A DNA stretch of 64,000 bases from the human T2T-CHM13v2.0 reference genome, Homo sapiens: assembly GCF_009914755.1 (NCBI RefSeq), contig NC_060927.1, one strand, 5' to 3'. How positions within the stretch are numbered: position 1 is the first letter of the stretch; each line of letters begins with the position of its first letter. Under the pieces are notes generated by a model, which saw only the letters and a program-made list of their open reading frames with translations, was not told where the DNA came from and made no database searches. The translations under genes and the position numbers were made by a program. Positions 53,129-64,000 of this stretch are shown one piece after another.

Positions 53129-54559
53129 CCCTATACCATACCTGTTGCCCTCTTGTTATGGAGTTGGACTAGTCCAGAATCTCCTGGATTTCCCAAGTAG
53201 GCAGGTGTAGTCACAAATCAAGGTTATTTCCACCTTCCTGCAGGGGCTTGGTATGCCAGAAAATAAAAGAGTAGTTTCTAATTCATATCTTGCATTACTC
53301 TATCTCAGCAGGAGATGCAACAAGCCTTGTGAGGCTGTGCTAATCTCCATGCAGACTGCTAGCTCTTTTGCATTTAGAATTCAAACCTTTTCATCAAACC
53401 TTATTAGTATTGGAGGTGTGCTGTTGACTCTGCTATTTGAAATTTGTTTCTGGGACATTGATTTACTACCTGTTATTTTACTGATATATATTTATAATAA
53501 GATACCTGAATTTTATTATTCCATCCTTTTAAATTCCCAAGACATGCAAAGAAAAAAAGAAGTTCATTGTCCTTCCAGTGGGACTGATTCTCAAGGAACT
53601 GTAATACTTTATTTCTCAGAAATAGTTGTACTCTGTGGCAGTGAAATTGTAAGATGGATGAGGTTAGAAAAGTGACTGTTGTCTCCCATTAGAAGCTTGA
53701 TAGGGGGAATAAAATGCAAGACTTGATCAAGACCATCCAGGGAGTCAATGACAAGGAAAGAGGAAAAGCATCTCAAAGCTGTGTGCACTCAGCAAAGAAG
53801 AACTTTTCTCTGTATTTAATGTCTGTCATTTGGGCAGGTGTTCCCTCTGTCCAAATCTTCCCCAAACAGAAACAAGATTAGTCCTTTTCTCTTCTGTGTC
53901 CCCACAATCCTCTTCTGAAGCTCTTGAGAGAAATCGCAAGAGATATAGTTTCCAATGCTATCTTGAGCCATCTGAGAGCTGATGCTGTCTTATTTCTCTC
54001 TTAATATCTAGTACCAAGCAGTGAACCATTTTTATAGTGATGGTCTAAAAATAAACTATACAGAGTAGAACTCAATAAGGAGTTATCCTTGCCATCAAAA
54101 TATTATTGACTAAGGAAGAAATGGAAAGGATGGAAAAGATTAAGTAATTGATTCCAGCAACAAAAAAAAGATCACGATGTTCACCCTTTACACTTTCTCA
54201 CTATGGAATTAGACACATCCACATTCAAAAAGGGATGTGGTGCTCAAAATATTAAAGGGCTTCATGACTATCACTATAGTGTGATCATTCATCACTAGCT
54301 CAATCATTCTTTCACTGTCTGTTTGTAAACATAAAAGAAAATTACCCTTTCAGAGAAAAATTTGCTTTTATGAGCAACTCAGGGTGAATAATACAAATGG
54401 CTATCCATCTCGGGATGACTCTGGGCATAAATCAGATAATTATACCTGGAAATGGAGAACCAGAAAAGACTAGAATGCATGCCCACTGAGTGGGTGAGCT
54501 GTTAAAAATGCCCCAGGAACATGAGAAAAAGAGGCAAGTGAGGAAGGCAGAATGTATCA

Positions 54560-54872
54560 CCAAAAATGTGTTCATTTAAATGGATGAACTCCACAGACAA
54601 CAGTAAACTATAGAAGAAGACCTGAAAGGGTAGATCGTGTGATTCTTTTTATGCAAAGTATGAAAACAGACAAAGCCAATCTATTCTATTCAAAATCAGA
54701 ATAACAGTTGCCCTCTATTGTATAGATAAGGACTAGAAGGGATGAGGGCTCTGTGCTGGCAATATTCTGTTTCTTGATCTGGGTTCTGGATACATAAACT
54801 TATTGTTCATGAAATTTCAGTATGATATACACTAATGGGCACTTTTTAATGTATATTAGTCTTTATAAAAAA
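54560..54872 (+). mobile_element. L1ME 3' end
   Basis: aaaacagacaaagccaatcta...ggcaatattctgtttcttgatctgggttctggatacata. Confidence 0.7.
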
Positions 54873-55651
54873 GGAGAACTGCAATTGGCTGTTGGCTGAG
54901 TTTCCTTTCTCCTCCCCAAAATATGAAAGGAGAGATAGTTCTCATTTCTTAAATTTCAGAATATTACCAAGAATCATTGTCCCAACAGTGGACTTTGGAG
55001 GAATTCAAGGTTGGAGTTCATATTGAAGCTTACTGAGTGGCCTTCTGGAGAAAAGTCCCCACATACTTTTTTCTCCCTTCAATTTCTTCTTGAACATAGA
55101 CAGCTTATAAATTGAAACATGACTGAGGGAGAACCTTACGCTCCGAAAGGAAAGGACATTGGAGAATCACTGTACTATGCTGGAAATTTCTGGTGATCTC
55201 TTATTCTCATTAATGGGCTTTCTCTGAACTGCCCTTCCTCACACTAGAGGGTAAGAGCCAAGCATTGTTCTACTGTATTTCATCAAAGCTAAAATGTACC
55301 TCTCCACCTTTTATGTACATATATGCACATGAAGAGACATAACCATAGATTTCCAGATCTGTCTCATCCTGAACCCTGCTATTTAATATTTTGTTCAGTT
55401 TTATGCTTGGATTCCAATTATTTTCTGTACGTTCCTCATTCCTAGCTAAAATCAGCTTCCTATGGAAAGTTTGTCTATCTAGGTCTTGCTTCTGTCCCTA
55501 GGCAACAGAGGTTTCATAATTTGCCTTTCCTCCTAAACAAAGAGTTCCAGAGTCTGCACGATCCATCTCCTCTGACAACCTCATTACCTCCATCTTGAAA
55601 TGCTTACATGGATTCCTAGAAAAGCTTTGAGTTATTTTATCAGCATGCCAC

Positions 55652-56024
55652 TTTATTAGTCTGCCCCAGCTTCCATAACAGAACACCACAAACTGAGTGG
55701 CCTAAAAAAATACATTTATTTTCTCTCAGTTCTGGAAGTTGGAAGTCCAAGATCAAGGTGCCATCAGGGTTGGTTGGTGAAGTCTCTCTTCCTGGCTTGC
55801 GGACTGTGTCTTCACATGGTCTTTCTTCTGTGCATGTGTGGAAAGAGAGAGATGGTGTCTCTTCCCCTTTTTAAAAGACAGCAGTCTTCTCAGATTAGGG
55901 TCCCACCCTTATGACCTCATTTAACCTAATGACCTCCTTAAAGGTCCTGTCTCCAAATAGAGTTATATTGGGGATTAGGGCTTCAACATGTAAATTTGGG
56001 GATAACACAATTCAGTCTATCACC
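55652..56024 (-). mobile_element. MaLR solo LTR, MLT1B-like
   Basis: ccataacagaacaccacaaactgagtggc...aagtccaagatcaaggtg...ataacacaattcagtc. Confidence 0.85.
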
Positions 56025-56904
56025 ATCACATTACCTTCTGTTTTGTTTGTTTGTTTAGCATTTTTGGAGTCATATGCCTCATTAAGTATTTTTTTTTCTG
56101 CTTATAGAAAACCACTTTGGAGAATACAAGACTATTAGCCATGGATCTACTAATGGAATTTAAACCCAGTTTTATCTTAGGCTTGTATTTATAATATCAT
56201 TATCAAAATAATTATACAACAATGATTCTATCAGTAGCTGCCAAACTTTACACAAATCCAATGCTCTGTTGTTACAATTTCACATGTGGATGTCTGCTCT
56301 TGTAGCATTTGATAGAATTTTGCGTATTCTTTTCTCCCAACAGTGGGGCAAGGTCAGTGAAGTTGCTCTTGAGACAACAGCAGTAATGGAAAGTTGCTAC
56401 AGATGGATACATGGGCTAATTGCTTTGCCTGAAAATGACTGACAAATTTCAGCCTGTGAAGGCTGCTCTGTGCCTCATTTTAGGGGATGCTATGAAGCTA
56501 CTAGTGAACTTTCAACATGGACTGCAAAGGAGAGCTGTTTGCACTAGATATCTCTAGCTCTGCTTATTAGAAACATAGGTGGCTTTCAGGCCCAGCACCT
56601 CCCAGATGTGCCATGTATGCCCCTCCCCCACAATTACAGTCCTGGCTTTGGGTCAAGTTTCAGCAGTGCATATGCCAGACAGGATCAGTCACTCAGGATG
56701 CAACAAAATCATTGCTATATTTTCTCTAAACAGTGTATCTGCTGAGGACAATAATTTCCTTTTTAACAATCTATTTCCAGTAAGGATTAGAGCTCTCTAA
56801 TAACTTGTGATCTTCTGTAGACAGAAGACAGCTTTTTATTCCTTTAGTATAAATAGAATTCTAGAAATACAGAAAGTTTTAGGGCCACCAAAGTTGAGAG
56901 AGCC

Positions 56905-57225
56905 TACTTACTAATTGTGTGTATCTCAGTTTCCTCGTTTGCAAAATGAGATATTATATTAAATGAATTGGTATATATTGCAAAGGCTCTTTTATGGGCA
57001 TAGTTATCACTATTATTAAGGTTATTATGATTACTATTTTTAATATTAACCCCCAAATATTTACTAAGTGCACACAAGGTGCAAAGCACACCTTACATAT
57101 GTTGAAATATCCTTTTATGTCCCTATATTTAAGAAACAATGAGCTAGGCCAACCTCTTTTTTTAAAGACTAAGAAGCTAAGATTCAGAGGAGGGGAATAG
57201 TTTACTTAAGGTCATATGGCTACTG
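56905..57225. mobile_element. Two MIR fragments in opposite orientation
   Basis: tatctcagtttcctcgtttgcaaaatgag (+); aagctaagattcagagaggggaatagtttacttaaggtcatatggcta (-). Confidence 0.55.
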
Positions 57226-59077
57226 TTTTCATTACATCAACAGACTTCATATAAAAAGAGAATAAAGCATGACATATTCAGTCAAATGACCCCAAACTTA
57301 ATGCTAACCTGTAACTATCACCTTTTGTGTTCGAAAACATCTATGCTGAAATAAGCAGACTGCATGAATTAGGGAAAGGCTGGGCCGGGAAATGTTTACA
57401 GTGCTTAGCATGATTCTGTCTTTATGGTCTCTTTCTGTTTCTTACACACTGAGGCTTCCCCTGCCAATTTGTCCAATTTAAGATGGCACTTTGGTGACCA
57501 ACCCTGGCAGAACACACTGTTTACTGATAAGACAATCCAGCACCATCAGCAGTCACTGCCAGGCCCAGCTTAGCCACCACAGGACATGCCTCATAGTCTT
57601 ATAGGCAATGGAGAAAGAAGGTCACTCCCGTGTCCCCAAAAACAAGATACTTCATTGATAAAAGAAAAATGTCTTGGTCGTTCACTATGTAAAGAAACTT
57701 CTAAATTAATTCAGAATTCTGAACAGGAGAATATCAGTGATTAAGGATACAGGGAAAACCAGACATGTGCCCAAAATTATTGACTGAGAGTGGAGGTGAT
57801 AATGCTAGAACTCAAGGCAGCTAAAAACACATCCTAATGAGGACACAGGGGTAGGAGATGTTTGTGTCCAGGCTGGCTCTTGCTCAATACTTTCAGGTTT
57901 GTGCAATTGGTCCAAAATGATTTATGTTTCATGTCTACAGAACAGGATCTTTTGTCCTTAAATTCCCCAAGAGCAAATCAAAAGAGAATAAAAGGCAGAG
58001 GCAGATGAAAATTAAATTTATTCCACTGAGAATTCATAAATACAAAAGAGAAAACATTGTCATCTTTCAAAAAACTATTAATGACTGTACTATTGAACTT
58101 GGTAGCAGGGGATATAAATGTGGCTGAGGCTGGATCCAACCCTCTGAAGGATCAGGATGCCAGTTGAGAAGCTGCTAATTAATTAAATGCTAATCTAATG
58201 AGGAGAGGTGGGTAAGATAAATCTGCAAGAGATTTATAAAAAATACATCACATAGTTTATATTTGTACACTAAATCCTAACATTTGAATGCCACAGACAT
58301 CTTTGCGATTCCAGTGAAAGCTCTGAATCCCTCTTCCCAGAATTATATACATGTGTACTACACACGCATTCGAGGTCAGGTCCTCACTGGAGTCCAGATT
58401 AAGAACCTATACCTTGATGTATGTTTAGACTCATGCTTGCAATTACTTCCCATTTCAATAAATTTGGTCAAAGTCAGCTGGCAAGAATAACATATGTGAA
58501 TAAAACAGAATAACATATGAATGCCAGAGACCTAAAGATTTTGAGTCTGTATCAAGGACTAAAAGCAAATTAACAGTTAAAATAGACAAAGAAGAAAAGG
58601 GATTTAAAATATATGCGGGTGCTAAAATAAATTGGGATGCATTCATAAAGGTAAATGGGTAAAAGGTATATTTCATATTTTAAAATATAAAAAGTGAAAA
58701 AATATTTATAAAAATTTGAAAATATTAATAGAAAAGCAATGAACAGAAGAGTATTTATAATCTAATTTGTATAAAAATTAGAAAGTAAATTTCATAAATA
58801 TAATGACATATTATACATATATGCTGAATTTGCATAAGAAATTTATCCAAGGATGTACAAGAGAATTTACAGCAGTTACTATAGAAAGAAGGAAGGGACA
58901 AGTAACATTTTTAACCTTATTTTTAATATGTTTGAATGTTTATTAGGGGTATGCAGTATCTGAGACAAGGTGAGACAGAGTGGCCTTTATAATTACTCAG
59001 GATGCACACAGAATCCAACCATGCTCTGGCTTAAGCCATTGCAACACAAAAAACTATGTATTAGGAACATCCCACAG

Positions 59078-59552
59078 TTTGAGCACATTGAGTTTTTCGA
59101 GAAGCAGATTCTGAACCAAGAATTTAGGAGCAAGTGCTTTATTAAGAAAATGTCTTAAATCAACAAGGCAGCAGGGGAGTCAGAATAGGCTAGGAGAAGA
59201 AGCCAAACAAAAAGGCGATTTCAGGCAGAGTCCCATGCTCAGTCCAATTCTGCAGGGAGCGCACAAGTATAAATACACCTCAGAATTTGCCTTGCATGGA
59301 GGCAAAAGAGCTTGGTATTTCCACACCAGTCATCCATAGTCTATCCAAGTTGCCTATTGTTTGTGAAGAGGGGTATATAAAATTCTTAGAGATTTCTGGT
59401 TCTTTGTACAGTAAGGTGACTCTAGTGTCTAAGGGGAACCCTCTGAAGGCTGCAGGTACTAGCTGTTAGCAACGAAGTGTGCAAGAGCTGGGGATGCATA
59501 CACAGAGAGGACAGGATTCTGATGGAACCTAGATGGGGAACCAACCACACAC
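59078..59552 (-). mobile_element. LTR16-family LTR
   Basis: gagaagcagattctgaaccaagaatttaggagcaagtgctttattaagaaaatg. Confidence 0.65.
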
Positions 59553-59569
59553 TCACATTCAGCAGGTTT

Positions 59570-60230
59570 TAGCTTTCATGCATTTGACAGATATTTATTG
59601 AGGGTCTAGAATTGTGCTGTCTAACATGGTAGTCACTAGCCACACACAACTACTGATCACTTGAAAAGTGGCTATTCCAGAAAGAGATGTTCTGTAAGTG
59701 TAAAATAAATAGTGATTATTAACACTTGGTAAGAAGAAAAAGTCAAGTATCTCAGTAATAATCTTTTTATTTTGAATACATGTTGACATAATATTAGATT
59801 ATATAGTAGGCTAAATTAAAAATCATTGAAATTAAGTTTTACCTGTTTCTTTTTACTTTTTTAATGTGGCTTCTAGAAGATTTAAAATTACATATGTGGC
59901 TCAGGTTAAATTTCTATTAAACTGCACTGATCTAGAATATGTCTGACACTTTGCTAAGTGTTGGGGATACTGCAGTGACCAAAGAGAGACATGAGCCCTG
60001 CTGTCATGATGTTTACAGTCAGTGGTTGTAACAGACAATAATCAAATGAAGAAATACAGTGTTACTATTTATATTAAATATGCTGATGGAAATAATAGGT
60101 AATTTATAATGAGTAATAAGACAATGAGACAGTATCCAACCAGAGAGGGATTTACTTCAAAAAGACTCATCAGGAAACATGTTTCTGCAGAAATGTCTTT
60201 TAAACCCAAAAAGAGACAGGAGTGAACCGT
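59570..60230 (-). mobile_element. L2 3' end, interrupted by MER33
   Basis: catttgacagatatttattgagggtcta...tatgtctgacactttgctaagtgttggggatactgcagtg. Confidence 0.75.
59612..59929. mobile_element. MER33 (hAT-Charlie MITE)
   Basis: gtgctgtctaacatggtagtcactagccac...tttctattaaactgcactg; 8-bp TSD gtctagaa/atctagaa. Confidence 0.88.
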
Positions 60231-61269
60231 GGCTGTGGAGGCGGGAGAGAAGTGGCAAGAAAGATGAGTTGAAATGTTTTAAGGGTATTCCAAGTCAGAG
60301 AACATCAGATGGTAGGAAAAAGCATTTATAAATTGCTTAAGTCAATAAAGTAGTGAAAATGACATAAAATTCCTCTACACTACAGATATCTAACTTGGCA
60401 CACACTATTGACCTCTATGAAAAATGGTCATATTAGAAGGTTGACTGAGAAAGCAATTTTTTTCTTTCTCTGAATTAATGCTGACTTTCACCTTAGCCAG
60501 TAATGGCCAAACAACTTGGAAAATCAAAGTGGAGGTAATAGAGGCAGAAATCTTTGCTTATATTAAGATTTTTAAAAGTATATTTATAGAAGTTACCTTA
60601 AACACATTCACAACGGCTTGTTTATTTTCTACTTGGTGATTTTGAAGTGATGTCAACTGTTGCTGAATATATGTAAGAGTTTTAAAGCAGTTTTTAGAGG
60701 AAAAGATTGTTGAAGTGACATTTTCCAGCTTTCTTAACTGACATGAAGTCAGAACCAAATGCTTTGAAATGTCTAGCTAATACCGAAAAGATTAAATAAG
60801 ACATAATTCCCTAGCATATAAAAATTTGCTCCAAGAAATATAATTTTTCCATAGTATATTAAATTTTTGGTAGTATGTAGATATTCCTCATAAAATTGTT
60901 AAAGTTAACTCTTCTTAGAGAAATTTAGTTTCTTCATATTATTTTACCCAACTAGTACTAACATGACCCCCAATTATGTATTTTTTAATCTGACTTATTT
61001 CACAATTCAATTGAAATGTATGCAAATATAAGGAAATGGTTGGTTCAAAGTTTCGATTTTGCCTCTTGAAAGTTGCTATAACTTCTGAATTAATATTCCG
61101 TGGCAAATTTAGAATTGAAATTCTAAGGAGTGGGGAATTCTTCAAGACATACATTTTTCTGAATGAGAAGCAGTTAAGCAGAATTATCTCCCATAAGAAA
61201 GCATATAGGGGTCTGATATATTTAAAGGAGGTTTAAGGGATAACACAGTTTTTTAGATAGTTTATTTTA

Positions 61270-61610
61270 TCCAAAAAACACTGATTGAATTGTGATCTTT
61301 TGTTAGGTACTATAACTATAAATAAGATTTCCTTCCTATGATCCCTGAACCTCATAGGAAGCACAGGGGAGGGTACAACATGTCCCAGTGGGGTAAGTGT
61401 TCCAAAAGAGGTATCTAGAATGCTGAGGAAAAAAGGTAGAAACAGTGACTCTCCCTGAAAGAAGCAAATCAGAGATAAGAAGGTGATATTTGCCCTAGAC
61501 CATGAAGTAAGAGCAAGACTTGTATGAATACAAATGAAAGAAAAGCATTGCCAGCGAAGACAGTATGAGAAAAGCTGTGGAAGTGTGAAACTGTCTAGGG
61601 GAGTCACTAA
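61270..61610 (-). mobile_element. L2 fragment
   Basis: aaggtgatatttgccctagaccatgaagtaagagcaagac...agcattgccagcgaagacagtatg. Confidence 0.55.
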
Positions 61611-62524
61611 ATCTTAAACACAGAATGGGGTAGGTAGTTCTGTGTGCCTAGAGCCTTAGAACATATACATAAAGTACCAGATGGCTTTGAACCAAAATGC
61701 TTTGAGGAAGAAATTAGAATGTATTATTTGTTTTCTTTTTAAAACGTGTAGTTTTCAGTGCACATTCTCTAATTCTAGACAAGGAGCAAATAAGCAGCAG
61801 CAAAGCAAAGACTAAAAAGCTTTTTTTAGTCTTTCTGATCACCTGCTTCATCCTCAGTGATTTACAAACTTTGTGTTATCTTTGTTCTTTTTGCTTTTCA
61901 TTAGGATGATTATTGATTTATGAGCAGCTTTAATGTGGCTCTTTCAGGCATCCTGAATTACCCTGACAGCAGCTCTGTAAATAAATCAATTTCTGCCTTT
62001 AAAATTTGACATCTTCTGTCCTAACAAACCATTACTTTGACCAAACTCAGATAAAAGAATTCTTTATGTTTGGCAAAGTATCACTAAATTATCCTCCGAA
62101 GGGCTGAGGTAATATTATCCTTATTATGTCAAGTAGAAGTAATCCAGTATGTTGAACTTCGTTAAAGTTCACTTGTTTACTGAGGAATGAAATTATTCTG
62201 TAGCCCTTAGATAACTGTGTTAACTATCACCTTGAATTTAAGAGGAAAACAACAAGAGTCGTGGTCTGTATCCTCACAAATCATCCATGACTTGAGCTTT
62301 CAGCAACCTAGGATAAGCCGTATTTTGCATATGTAAGAGGGGAACACTCTTTTGGGGGAGGAGAGATTTCTAGATCCTCCTTTGCATTTTCTTCCTCTTG
62401 TCATGACTCCAAACTGTGAACAAACACATGTTTTTTAAGTCTTTTTTGTTTCTTTATTTAAAAAAGTGTCTGACATAATAGAACGAGAAATGAGCTTCCA
62501 GGTTAAAAAAAAAGAAAAAGAAAA

Positions 62525-62720
62525 ACACCTCGATTCTACTTCTTCCATATCTACTTAACTAGCTGTTATAGCATTAGGCTAAGAGTCAAAGTTCTGAAAC
62601 TGTTCCCTTCTTTATGAAACAGGGAACAGTGTACCCTACTTTCTGGCTTGTTGTGAGGGATGAGGTAATACATGTAACAGTTACTTCTAAATCATGCAGC
62701 TCTTTGTAAATGTAAGATTA
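62525..62720 (+). mobile_element. MIR
   Basis: ctacttaactagctgtt...gtaccctacttctggcttgttgtgagggatgaggtaatacatgtaa. Confidence 0.6.
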
Positions 62721-63841
62721 AATGTATAAATGTAAGTTGTAATTTACCCTGCAGCTCCATAAGGGTGAGAAATGAAATACAATTTTGCTGATATCACCAT
62801 TCAAAAATTGTCAGCAATTAAAATTGTCTATATGTTCAAAGGATGAGTATACTGTGTTTCTTGAATCATGTTTGCGAACTCAAAGAATGGGCAGGGGAAA
62901 AACAAGGGACATTCTCCAAGGTCAAAGCATTCTCTCCCAGATTATTAGTTATGTGGGAAGTGATGGTCAGCCTCATTGGTTATTAGATAAATGCAAATTA
63001 AAGCAATATTCCTATGCCGTTTCAATGGATTATAAACTCCTTGAGTTTAGCCCACTTCTGCTTCTCTGTGAGGAGTCAGGCTATACAGAGTAAGGCAAAA
63101 GCTCTGGCTTTTTTTCCCCATGGAGAGTTATCTGAACAGACTTCTATATGGGAAATCCTTGGGTGAGCCCAATGATGACTGCAACTGGGCTGTCAAAAAT
63201 CTCTAATTCTGAGGTTTGTATTAGGAAACCCAAATGCTTGCCACACTCTAACTTGGCCTTATCAGTTGGAAAAAAAAAAAAATATGTCATTTAGATTTCT
63301 ACTCCTTGACTCTCTTCTTTTTATCATTGGATGTCATTTATATGGCTCCACTAACACCCCAAGATCTAAGCATTGGGCTGTGAATCTTAAAAGATAAACA
63401 ATGAGTGTCATTTGGGAAGCAAAGGAACAGAAGACATTAAGCCTTTTTGTGGAATTGGCCTTGTGAGTTTTTACCTTGATAGCTTGCAGGAGCTCACATT
63501 GCATCTGTACAGTTCTTAATCTCATATAGTTCTAGATAGGCAGCTGTAAGTTACTTTGAGTAAATGCTGGCTTTGGACAGTCACTGCAGCTTATGGCTGC
63601 TTTGTCCCATGGAGAGTAGCCAAGGCAGGGTATATGTATGATCTAATAAAACAAAACACACTCTGGTTTTAAGCAAATGCCACACAAGGCTGCCTGCACA
63701 GACTTTACCAAATGGCTTGTAGGTCAGGCAAGGATCTTAGGATGCAGCTTCTTGACCTTGGACCAAAGGATCACAGCTTCATCTGGTATTACAGGGGAGT
63801 TAGAGATAGGACGTTAAGCCTGACAATATTGTCTGCTTTCA

Positions 63842-64000
<159 letters not shown>

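Noticed and set aside
53253-53675. 140-aa ATG-initiated ORF in unique sequence
   Set aside because: No recognisable homology or splice/promoter context, and the length is compatible with chance; only Ribo-seq or codon-conservation evidence would rescue it
58280-58410. Possible hAT MITE remnant ending ccagattaagaacct
   Set aside because: Too degenerate to assign confidently

Overview
This is primate (almost certainly human) AT-rich non-coding genomic DNA, not a microbial locus. I find no intact protein-coding gene, RNA gene or CRISPR array, and nearly all listed ORFs are chance or transposon-derived. The window is dominated by interspersed repeats: Alu J/S/Y, L1 of many ages, L2, MIR, MaLR/ERVL/ERV1 LTRs and hAT MITEs. 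The one host-gene-derived sequence is a disabled processed RFC3 pseudogene (24653-25365, minus strand) that is unusually 3'-truncated. The most interesting structures are a near full-length L1PB whose 5'UTR appears to have lost a GT-AG intron (a spliced retrocopy), an L1MC joining 5'UTR+ORF1 directly to its 3'UTR without ORF2, an orphan L1PA 5' tip, a candidate 21-nt micro-exon and several motif-rich unique segments that may be enhancers. Subfamily names come from my recollection of consensus sequences, and boundaries of old repeats are approximate. I see no convincing new biological system.
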